This document shows, piece after piece, positions 10,542 to 18,057 of a stretch of DNA of 64,000 nucleotides (positions are counted from its first letter, which is position 1; every line of letters begins with the position of its first letter). The stretch comes from a virus (lineage: Duplodnaviria > Caudoviricetes), in IMG/VR virus record IMGVR_UViG_2816332632_000001, positions 1 through 64,000 of that record; one strand, given 5' to 3'. The notes beneath the pieces were generated by a model that did no database searches, was not told the origin of the DNA, and was given only the letters and a program-made list of their open reading frames with translations. The translations under genes and the position numbers were made by a program.

Positions 10542-11051
10542 TCACCGCCTAGTGCTCGCGGCTCGGAGCGACTCCACAACCCCACGAGCTTGTCTACCTC
10601 GCGGGCGAATGTCTGCCCCGGCGCCGACAACGGCATCGCGAACCGTCTTCGGATCAACGGAGAGCCGTTCGGCAACCTCCGCCAACGTGTACCCCGCCTC
10701 GTAGAGATCACACGCTATACGGCGACCGGCCTCGTCCAGGCCCGGGGTCCTGAGACGGCGACCAGCACGCGCAACGAGCGTCGGAATGGTTCCCCGATGC
10801 ACACGATACTTCGCGGCGATAGCCTTCACCGGCGTCCCCGCTTCGTAATCAGCGACCAGTTCTGCACGCTGATCGAGTGTCAATCGTGTTTGAGACTTCA
10901 CCGTATTCTTCGCGACCGGACCCCGAGCATCGCGTCTTCCCGAGTTCCGGACGCGCGGACCGCGCCCCTCAGAGACCTTGAGAACACGGTGAATCAACGA
11001 TTTCAGGGCCGGACGCGTGTTTGAGAATCGCTTGGGAAGGCCCACCAGCAC
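10542..11051 (-). CDS. Tandem helix-turn-helix protein at the element end
   Basis: Two repeats: YEAGTPVKAIAAKYRVHRGTI and YEAGYTLAEVAERLSVDPKTV. Confidence 0.7.
   Translation of the reverse strand: MLVGLPKRFSNTRPALKSLIHRVLKVSEGRGPRVRNSGRRDARGPVAKNTVKSQTRLTLDQRAELVADYEAGTPVKAIAAKYRVHRGTIPTLVARAGRRLRTPGLDEAGRRIACDLYEAGYTLAEVAERLSVDPKTVRDAVVGAGADIRPRGRQARGVVESLRAASTRR
11019..11047 (+). other. Putative att junction; degenerate tRNA 3' end
   Basis: GTTTGAGAATCGCTTGGGAAGGCCCACCA ends in a tRNA-like GGCCCACCA just beyond the integrase stop. Confidence 0.5.
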
Positions 11052-11073
11052 TGGGATTCCGGGCTATCGGCCA

Positions 11074-12261
11074 TCACGATTCCGAGTTTATTCCGAACTT
11101 TGCGTCGATGGCCGCAGCCATCTTCGCGCTGCTCGTGCTCTTGTCCATGTACTTGTCCTGCGTCATGGACGGGTTCGCGTGACCGAGGAACTCGGCGATG
11201 TCGCGAGCGGTCAGACCTTCGCCGTCGAGCGCCGTGGCCACGGTCTTGCGGAAGCCGTGCGACTTGAATCCTTCCATGCCGAGGCGGTCGCGGTTCGCGC
11301 GCCAGTCGGCTCCCGTGTTGGACGGGTCGCGCAGCTTCCCCAGCATCGACGGGAACACGAGGTCGAGCTCATTCTTCGGCATCCGCTCGCGTCGCTTGCG
11401 CAACAGGTCCATGACTCGCTGCGGTGCAACCACGGTGCGCCAGCGATCGTCATCGTCGCGACGTCCCTTCGCCGGCTCCCAGATGATGAGCCCCTTGCCC
11501 TTGATTCGCGAGACGGAAGGGCCGAGGGTGATCGTGCCAGCCTCGAAGTCGACGAAGCTCCAGCGCAGGGCGCACGCCTCGCCGATGCGGCAGCCGACGA
11601 ACGACATGAACTCCCAGAGGTCAGCAAGGTCAAGCCGCTGCATCTCGGGGTCGCTGCGCAGGCGCGCGATGAGCTCAGGCACGGAGTCGACCTTGAGCGC
11701 CTTTGCCGCCTTGCTCGGGCCGTCCTTTCGGATGCCCTGGATGCCGTCGACCGGGTTCGCTGGCAGAACATCGGCGCGGACGGCCATCCCCAGCATCCCG
11801 GAGAGGACGGAGCGGCAGCCTTTCGCGGAGCCGTGGCCGTGCTCCTTCGAGACAGTCGTGATGAACGCTTGGAGGCGGCCGACGGTGGCCTCGCCGACCG
11901 TGAGGCTGCCGATGCGCGGGACGACGATCTTCTGGATGTTGTGCTCGTAGGTGTCGATGGAGCGCGGGGCGAGGTTCGCGTCACGCTTCGACTGGAGGAA
12001 GGCTTCGGCCAGGTCCGCCAGCTTTGTCGACTTCGACAGGGCGCCACCCGAGGAGATCGGCACCTGGATCTTCGTGAGTGCATCCTTCAACACGTTCTCC
12101 GCCTTGCCCTTGGTCGGGCCGAAGCGTTGAACCTGCCGCGAGCGGCCGTCCGAGAATCGGTAGAGGGTGCGCGCGCGCCACTTCCCCTTCTCGATCTCGT
12201 CGAGCTTGATCGTGCCGTATGCGCCAACCGGCGTGCGTGGTCGCCCCACGAAATCCTCCAT
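11074..12261 (-). CDS. int: Tyrosine integrase
   Basis: GCRIGEACALRW, HGFR, LGHANPSMTQDKY. Confidence 0.95.
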   Translation of the reverse strand: MEDFVGRPRTPVGAYGTIKLDEIEKGKWRARTLYRFSDGRSRQVQRFGPTKGKAENVLKDALTKIQVPISSGGALSKSTKLADLAEAFLQSKRDANLAPRSIDTYEHNIQKIVVPRIGSLTVGEATVGRLQAFITTVSKEHGHGSAKGCRSVLSGMLGMAVRADVLPANPVDGIQGIRKDGPSKAAKALKVDSVPELIARLRSDPEMQRLDLADLWEFMSFVGCRIGEACALRWSFVDFEAGTITLGPSVSRIKGKGLIIWEPAKGRRDDDDRWRTVVAPQRVMDLLRKRRERMPKNELDLVFPSMLGKLRDPSNTGADWRANRDRLGMEGFKSHGFRKTVATALDGEGLTARDIAEFLGHANPSMTQDKYMDKSTSSAKMAAAIDAKFGINSES

Positions 12262-12291
12262 TCAAAGTAAGTACAGGAAGACGCTAGCAGA

Positions 12292-12325
12292 TTAGCTGCC
12301 TAATCCGGTAGGCTTAGCTAGCTAA
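12292..12325. promoter_or_regulatory. Paired palindromic operator-like sites between int and xis
   Basis: TTAGCTGCCTAA (12292) and TTAGCTAGCTAA (12314). Confidence 0.75.
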
Positions 12326-12345
12326 TTCCAAACGAAGGAGGATTC

Positions 12346-12534
12346 ATGAGAAACACGCTCGACATCGGCCAGGTCGCATCGAAGCTCGGGCTGGCGGTGC
12401 AGACGCTCTACCGCTGGCGCTCCGAGGGCCACGACATGCCCAAGGGCTTCACCATCGGCAACCGCCTCCGCTGGTACGAAGACGTCGTCGACGCCTGGAT
12501 CGAAGAGCAGTCCGAGAAGGCGGTCGCGGCATGA
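12346..12534 (+). CDS. xis: Excisionase (AlpA/MerR-like HTH)
   Basis: LGLAVQTLYRWR...PKGFTIGNRLRW; divergent from int. Confidence 0.85.
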   Translation: MRNTLDIGQVASKLGLAVQTLYRWRSEGHDMPKGFTIGNRLRWYEDVVDAWIEEQSEKAVAA

Positions 12535-12665
12535 GCGCGTGGACCGACCCCTGCCCATACGGACTTCCGGCTCACGACTTCGAGCCGCTGCGCGAGCTCC
12601 AGAAGTTCTACGTAGGCAACACCATGAAGGTGGCCATCTGCCGGAAGTGCGGGATTGCGCGATGA
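12531..12665 (+). CDS. Small Cys/His zinc-finger-like protein (below track cutoff)
   Basis: MSAWTDPCPYGLPAHDF...ICRKCGIAR; ATGA overlaps at both ends. Confidence 0.55.
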   Translation: MSAWTDPCPYGLPAHDFEPLRELQKFYVGNTMKVAICRKCGIAR

Positions 12666-12994
12666 GCAGCCTCATGGAGCACATCGAGCGCGCGCTCCGG
12701 CCGTCAGAGAAGACGTGGACAATCACCTTCGACGACAGCCCGGCGCTCCGAGACCTCTACGACTGGGTGGATCGCGAGTTACGGGCGGACAGTGACCTCA
12801 TCGAGCAAGATCTGCTTTCGCTCCCCGGGGTGCACCGTGGACTCACTGCGGCCGAGGCGGAGGAAATGGGTCTCATGATCGTGCGACAGCGCCCGCCGCA
12901 CGACCCCACATCGAGCGTGTACCGCGGAATCTGGGCGCATGGTACGCCACTGATCGACCACCACCCGGAATGGGGCGAGGTGCGCGGATGGTGA
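12662..12994 (+). CDS. Hypothetical phage protein
   Basis: ATGA-coupled start MSSLMEH. Confidence 0.6.
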   Translation: MSSLMEHIERALRPSEKTWTITFDDSPALRDLYDWVDRELRADSDLIEQDLLSLPGVHRGLTAAEAEEMGLMIVRQRPPHDPTSSVYRGIWAHGTPLIDHHPEWGEVRGW

Positions 12995-13120
12995 GTCGAA
13001 TCGAGGATGGCCTCGACATTGAGCCAAGTCTCCGATGCCGCGGCTGTGGGGCGGGGATTCGCATGGCGAATCTCGTGTGGGGGGACTGCATCAACCCCTA
13101 CTGCATGGAGGGTGATCCCA

Positions 13121-13417
13121 TTGGGCGCGAGTAGACCGAGCAACAACGATCCTCGCGGCAGCGCCGAGTCCCGACGGCAGCGCAAGATCTTCCTGCTCGC
13201 GACGTTCGGTGACGGCTACACGGCGCCGTGCGCGTTCTGCGGGTTCGAGCTCGACTTCTGGACGATCACCGCCGACCGGTTCCCGATACTCGGGGCGGAC
13301 GGCGGCAGCTACCGTCGCGACAACATTCGGCCGGCGTGCCTCCACTGCAACTCGAGCGAGGGTGCGAAGGAGGGCGCTCGGCGACGGCTCCTGCGAGTAG
13401 GGGTGGTGGCGGCATGA
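13121..13417 (+). CDS. HNH-like endonuclease
   Basis: CAFCG...ADR...GGSYRRDNIRPACLHCN. Confidence 0.75.
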   Translation: MGASRPSNNDPRGSAESRRQRKIFLLATFGDGYTAPCAFCGFELDFWTITADRFPILGADGGSYRRDNIRPACLHCNSSEGAKEGARRRLLRVGVVAA

Positions 13418-13863
13418 ACCTTCGAGATCGACTCCTTCGCCGGAGGAGCATCGTTCCCGAAACCGGCTGCTGGGAGTGGGATGGCTTCAGGCGCCCCGAC
13501 GGGTACGTGCAGATCAAGGTCAAGGGAGCCAACGAGTACATTCATCGCATCGCGCACGAGGTGTTCATCGGCCCCATACCCGATGGCTTCGACGTCGATC
13601 ACACCTGCTTCAATCCGCCATGCTTCAACCCGGAGCACTTGGAGTCCGTGACGCCGGAGGAGAACCTGCGGAGGGCTTGGTCGAGGCTGCGCAAGGTGGT
13701 GCGGGACAACGGGCGAACCGGCTTTCGCGCGAGCCACTGTAAGCGAGGACACGAACTCAACGAAGCAACCACCTACTCCGCATTCAACGCCAAGCGGGGC
13801 ACGGCGTACCGTCGGTGCATCGAGTGTCGCAGGGGCAGGGAAGGGGTGCCATTAGCCAGCTAA
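13414..13863 (+). CDS. HNH endonuclease
   Basis: GCWEW, HR, VDHTCFNPPCFNPEHL, EN, HCKRGH. Confidence 0.88.
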   Translation: MNLRDRLLRRRSIVPETGCWEWDGFRRPDGYVQIKVKGANEYIHRIAHEVFIGPIPDGFDVDHTCFNPPCFNPEHLESVTPEENLRRAWSRLRKVVRDNGRTGFRASHCKRGHELNEATTYSAFNAKRGTAYRRCIECRRGREGVPLAS

Positions 13864-13872
13864 ACTTAGAGG

Positions 13873-14268
13873 ATGAGCCTCCCCCGCCGTAAAGCGATTG
13901 ACGACTGGTCGTCAGAGATCGAAGAGGCCGCTGCAACGAAGCGGAAGGGGAAGATCGTCGTCTACAAGGACCGCGCCGTGCTGATCCCCGAGCGCGCCGC
14001 GCGCATTCAGCACGTTCGGGCGACGACTGAGTTCGCGACAAGCACCGAGTGGAACACGAAGCGCTTCTACCGGTTCCAGATCTCGCTCCAGCCGAACGAT
14101 CCCCCCATCCCCGCCGGAAGCATCATCCGCGTCACCGACGGCGGCAAGGACCACACACTCATCCTCTACGTGTTCGAGGTGCTCAGCGCAGCCAACTCGT
14201 CGGAGGCCGCGCTCCGCACCATCGAAACGGTCACCTCGCTCAAGCCCGCTCCGCCGGTCACGCCGTGA
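13873..14268 (+). CDS. Head-to-tail connector/closure protein
   Basis: Size, position and beta-rich sequence ahead of tail genes. Confidence 0.6.
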   Translation: MSLPRRKAIDDWSSEIEEAAATKRKGKIVVYKDRAVLIPERAARIQHVRATTEFATSTEWNTKRFYRFQISLQPNDPPIPAGSIIRVTDGGKDHTLILYVFEVLSAANSSEAALRTIETVTSLKPAPPVTP

Positions 14269-14714
14269 AGTGGAGCAATGGTGGGCTGCCCTCAATCAGG
14301 TCCAGCATCGAGCTCCGCGAGAAGAAGCTGCGTGAGGGCGCTGAGGACATTGTCAGGGAGACGGTTCACGAAGCCGAGATAGAGCAGCGACGGATCATCG
14401 AGACGGCAGTGACCGAAACGGGCCGACGGAGGGTGGCGACCGGTGGCCGCTCCAGCGCTCACGGCTCCATCTCGCCGGGCCGCATTGACTCCGGCCTCAT
14501 GATCAACAGCACCGGCACGAGCGCCACCGCGGACGGCGGCGAGGTCGTCGGCCGATGGGGCTGGTTTGACCCCGAGGAGTACTTCGAGATCCAGGAGTGG
14601 GGCAGCGACCGCATCCAGGCGATGCACTCCCTCTTCCTCTCGTGGATTCGCGCCCGCGGCCGACTCGCAAAGCGCATCAACAAGCTCGTACGAACAGGAT
14701 CGGCAGGTAGCTAA
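14265..14714 (+). CDS. Neck protein (HK97 gp10-like)
   Basis: PGRIDSGLMINS...YFEIQEWGS...AMH. Confidence 0.7.
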   Translation: MKWSNGGLPSIRSSIELREKKLREGAEDIVRETVHEAEIEQRRIIETAVTETGRRRVATGGRSSAHGSISPGRIDSGLMINSTGTSATADGGEVVGRWGWFDPEEYFEIQEWGSDRIQAMHSLFLSWIRARGRLAKRINKLVRTGSAGS

Positions 14715-15142
14715 TGGCTGACAACTTTGACGGGACGGCCGAGATCGCCGCCGTCCTCGCCCGCATCGACGACATCGCCCCAGGAGGCGTCGAGTCCGTG
14801 CTCCGCGACGACGACGACGCCCCGATCGACGCTTTCGGCGACCTCGTCCCGTACGTCGTCGCCCTCTTCGGTGACACAGAGCGCCTGGGGCGCGACGAGA
14901 CGCTAGTGGAGATTGCCGCGCAGCCGTTCGTGCTTCCCTTCACCCTCGTGTTCTTCGCCTCGAGCGCCGAGCAGATTCGGGACATGCGCGCCGAGGTCAA
15001 GCGCCGATTCATCGACTGGCGGCCGACCGCGACCTCCGACAGCATCCAGACCGCGGGCGGCACGCTCCCCGTCCTGGACGGCAAGAACAAGCCGAGCCGG
15101 GTGCAGGCCACCTCGCACTACATGGTGGACGTCAACCTCTAA
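14714..15142 (+). CDS. Tail terminator
   Basis: PYVV motif, position. Confidence 0.65.
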   Translation: MADNFDGTAEIAAVLARIDDIAPGGVESVLRDDDDAPIDAFGDLVPYVVALFGDTERLGRDETLVEIAAQPFVLPFTLVFFASSAEQIRDMRAEVKRRFIDWRPTATSDSIQTAGGTLPVLDGKNKPSRVQATSHYMVDVNL

Positions 15143-15180
15143 CCTGGGAGTTAGCTGGGAATACGCCGTAGACTAGGTGT

Positions 15181-15393
15181 ATGTCTCAGGCTAAGCACGT
15201 CTACCGCAACGTCGAAAACGGCCGCGAGGGCGTCCTCACCGAGGACCAGGCTCGCATCTGGCCCGACCTCCTGGTTCGCGTGGATGACACCGCCGAGCCG
15301 CCCGCGCCCGAGGAGGCCCCGACTCCGGTTGGCATCCTCTCTGTTGGCGCGAGTGAGGCACAGTCTCCCGCCCGCACCAAGAAGAAGGACTAA
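15181..15393 (+). CDS. Small virion-operon protein
   Basis: TAGACT -10 six nt before ATG (leaderless). Confidence 0.6.
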   Translation: MSQAKHVYRNVENGREGVLTEDQARIWPDLLVRVDDTAEPPAPEEAPTPVGILSVGASEAQSPARTKKKD

Positions 15394-15396
15394 CCG

Positions 15397-15990
15397 ATGG
15401 CAGATCGCCTCCTGCGTGCACACCGGACGATCCTCCTGGTTCCCGTAGTCGAGGTGGGCGGAGAGCCCTTCATCCTCGGCGGGACCAAGACGGCTCCGAA
15501 GGTGTCCCCGCTCTACAACCCCGACAAAGACATCCTCAACACCTGGCTCGCCGTCCAGAGCGACACCCACGCGCTCGCCGGCATCGGTGGCAACGTCTCC
15601 CGCGCCACGCTCGACGACGTCGACCTCGGCCTCGCCGACTCGGACACCGAGAAGGAGCTCGTCATCACCTCCCGCGGAAACGAGGAGGCGATCACGCTCT
15701 TCAATGTGGACGCCAAGTTCGTGTTCCTGCGCGACGAGGACGAGTTCGCGACCGGCGTGTTCAACATGGCTCGCAACCTCACCATCGGCCCCGACCGTCG
15801 CTACGCGATCGTCGACCGCGCCGTGGGCGAGTACACCGCCAACGACCCGTTCGACACCGGCCAGGTCATCTCGCTCTACGACGTCAACACCGACAACGCC
15901 ATCGACTCCACGGACGACAAGGCATCCATCAAGCTCAACCAGAACTTCGTCGGCACCGGCGAGGTCGCGATCAACGTCGACGTGGCGTAA
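15397..15990 (+). CDS. Major tail protein paralogue 1
   Basis: Tail-tube-like; GNVS...DSDT...IVDR pattern shared with next gene. Confidence 0.72.
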   Translation: MADRLLRAHRTILLVPVVEVGGEPFILGGTKTAPKVSPLYNPDKDILNTWLAVQSDTHALAGIGGNVSRATLDDVDLGLADSDTEKELVITSRGNEEAITLFNVDAKFVFLRDEDEFATGVFNMARNLTIGPDRRYAIVDRAVGEYTANDPFDTGQVISLYDVNTDNAIDSTDDKASIKLNQNFVGTGEVAINVDVA

Positions 15991-16002
15991 GGAGTATCGA
16001 AA

Positions 16003-16779
16003 ATGGCAGACACCCGCGTCTACTCGAACAAGCGAAGGACCGTCTGGGCCGCGCTCGAGGAGGCTCACCCGTTCACGGACGAGGAAGCCGTCACCGACGA
16101 CGAGATCAACAACAACATGCTCAACATCTCGGGCGTGGTGAAGTGGGACTCGAGCGACCTCTCTGTTCAGGAGTCCGACCAGATCGACGACCGAGTCCTC
16201 ACCGACTCGGCTGGCGCTCAGCGTCGCGGCTTCACTCAGTTCGGCGGCGGCCTGAACCTCCTCACCCCGCGAGACATGGACAACATCGTCGATGCGGCAG
16301 TGAAGGCGTTCGCGCTGTTCCGCACGCCACGCACGGTGCTGTGGATCGTCGACCGGCCGCTGTACCTCAACAACACCCCTGCGCTTCCCGGCCAGCGCGT
16401 CAACGTGTACCGCGTGGCCGTCGACGCCCAGAAGAACCAGACCTCCGGCGACACGAGCTACTCGTACACCGTCAAGCTGGTCCCGCAGGGCGACGTGTTC
16501 CCACAGCAGGTCATCGCGGACACCACGCCAGCGAAGGTCATCGTCACCGGTCACACGGCGTCGCTCAGCCTCGCCACGAAGCCCTACACGTGGGGCGTGG
16601 CGAAGCTTTCTGGCGCGACTGTCACCAACCAGGCCACCTGGAAGTCGAGCGCGCCGGACGTCGCATCCGTCGACAACCGTGGGCTCGTCACCGCCCTCAA
16701 GGTCGGCACCGCGTCGATCACGGCCACGTACCCCGGCGCCGCGGCGTCGGACCCTGTGGAGATCGAGGTCGCGGCGTAA
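16003..16779 (+). CDS. Major tail protein paralogue 2 with C-terminal Ig-like domain
   Basis: LNIS...ESDQIDDR...IVDR; TWKSSAPDVASVDNRGLVTALKVGTASITAT. Confidence 0.8.
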   Translation: MADTRVYSNKRRTVWAALEEAHPFTDEEAVTDDEINNNMLNISGVVKWDSSDLSVQESDQIDDRVLTDSAGAQRRGFTQFGGGLNLLTPRDMDNIVDAAVKAFALFRTPRTVLWIVDRPLYLNNTPALPGQRVNVYRVAVDAQKNQTSGDTSYSYTVKLVPQGDVFPQQVIADTTPAKVIVTGHTASLSLATKPYTWGVAKLSGATVTNQATWKSSAPDVASVDNRGLVTALKVGTASITATYPGAAASDPVEIEVAA

Positions 16780-16788
16780 ACCCATCGG

Positions 16789-16826
16789 AAAAGGCCCCAC
16801 TCCCATTTCGGGAAGTGGGGCCTTTT
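16789..16826 (+). terminator. Intrinsic terminator
   Basis: AAAAGGCCCCACT...AGTGGGGCCTTTT hairpin. Confidence 0.8.
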
Positions 16827-16844
16827 AGTTAGCTAAACTGGACA

Positions 16845-17564
16845 GTGGAGGCGGCCAATCGGCCGACCGGAGGCTTACAGAAGGAGTGTGCATTGGCAAA
16901 GTCATCAGCGGCGAAGATTTCCGTGGAAGAAGACGAGATCAACGAGACCATCGAGGAGGCGCGCGGCTCATTCAACCTCACCGACAGGCTCATGAACCGC
17001 CCAATGCTGCACGATGTGGTCACCGTGTTCACCGACGAGGTCTCCGGCAAGAAGCTCGGCGGCAGCGAGGTCATCACGAACCAGTTCGGCGTGCCCACCT
17101 CGACGCGGCGCTGGGGCATCCTCGGGGAGATCCACGAGCTCGAGCAGGCACCCGAAGAGGAGCGCGACACCAAGGCCATCGCCAAGCTCAAGCGCGAAGC
17201 GAAGGCACTGCACGCCACGCTCGACAAGTCCGCGCTCACGTTCACGCTGCGCGCCCTGCCCGAGATCGTGGTCAAGGATCTCCGCCGGAAGTCCAAGAAG
17301 TCCCTCAAGATCAAGGGTGCTATCCCGCAGGAGCGGCTCGAGGAGTTCTCCGAGGACTTCACCGCGCGCCTCCTGGTCGACTCGGTCGAGTCATTCAAGG
17401 ACCACGAGTCCGGCGAGACGTACAGCAGGATCTCGTACAACGAGGCGCGCGCTCTCGACGGCTTCCTGCCGAAGAGCGAGTACAAGAAGCTCGACATGGC
17501 GCTCAACGACCTCCAGTTCAAGAGCCAGATCTCCGAGGCGGTCACCGCAGACGCGGATTTCTAG
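16845..17564 (+). CDS. Tail assembly chaperone (G); alternative start TTG at 16893
   Basis: Between tail tube and tape measure; ends at slippery G-GAT-TTC-TAG. Confidence 0.8.
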   Translation: MEAANRPTGGLQKECALAKSSAAKISVEEDEINETIEEARGSFNLTDRLMNRPMLHDVVTVFTDEVSGKKLGGSEVITNQFGVPTSTRRWGILGEIHELEQAPEEERDTKAIAKLKREAKALHATLDKSALTFTLRALPEIVVKDLRRKSKKSLKIKGAIPQERLEEFSEDFTARLLVDSVESFKDHESGETYSRISYNEARALDGFLPKSEYKKLDMALNDLQFKSQISEAVTADADF

Positions 17565-17992
17565 CCGAGTACCTGGCCTCGAAAAAAGGGGCCAGGTACG
17601 CCTACCTGATCAAGACGGCCATCGCGTTCGGGGTGCGCCCCTCTGCGATGATCCTCGGCACCGACTCGAACAAGCCGTGGGGCAAGTGGGATCTCCTGCT
17701 CGCTGAGGCGTACCAGATCTTCCTCGACGAGTGTTGCAAGCAGTGCGGCCTCCCGAAGTACATGTGCCACAGCGAAGACCCCGACATGCAGTTCGTGGTG
17801 GAGACGGACGTGTGTGAGGCGAAGAAGGCTGTCGCACTGTACGAGAAGAACCACAGCGGCAAGAACGGCTACGAGGCTCCCGCCGGTACACAGCTAATCC
17901 CCCGCCCCATCATGGCCGACCCCGAGCGTGACTTCTCGGACCTGCGCACCCCGTTCTACGAGCAGGAAGCCGCCCGACTCTCCGATTCCTGA
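17555..17992 (+). CDS. Tail assembly chaperone T segment, reached by -1 frameshift
   Basis: -1 frame reads FLAEYLASKKG...CKQCG...C to stop at 17992. Confidence 0.75.
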   Translation, partial: GFLAEYLASKKGARYAYLIKTAIAFGVRPSAMILGTDSNKPWGKWDLLLAEAYQIFLDECCKQCGLPKYMCHSEDPDMQFVVETDVCEAKKAVALYEKNHSGKNGYEAPAGTQLIPRPIMADPERDFSDLRTPFYEQEAARLSDS

Positions 17993-18057
17993 AAGTTACC
18001 TGGGAACTCGCTGATAGAATCGTGATTGTCCACGTTTCTGAGAGTTAGGCGGCTTCC

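Larger units (their letters stand above)
1..11047. mobile_element. Right part of an integrative mobilizable element (MobF relaxase, MTase, Lamassu cargo); its integrase and left end are outside the window
   Basis: TrwC-type relaxase, divergent MTase, defence cargo, terminal HTH gene and a tRNA-3'-like junction; the phage palindrome was not seen here. Confidence 0.75.

Noticed and set aside
11017-12270. 417-aa plus-strand ORF, and similar long ORFs at 15151-16806, 19876-21225, 24320-25639, 34916-36973, 42320-43420 and 44540-45709
   Set aside because: Antisense shadows of well-supported genes, expected in high-GC DNA; no motifs
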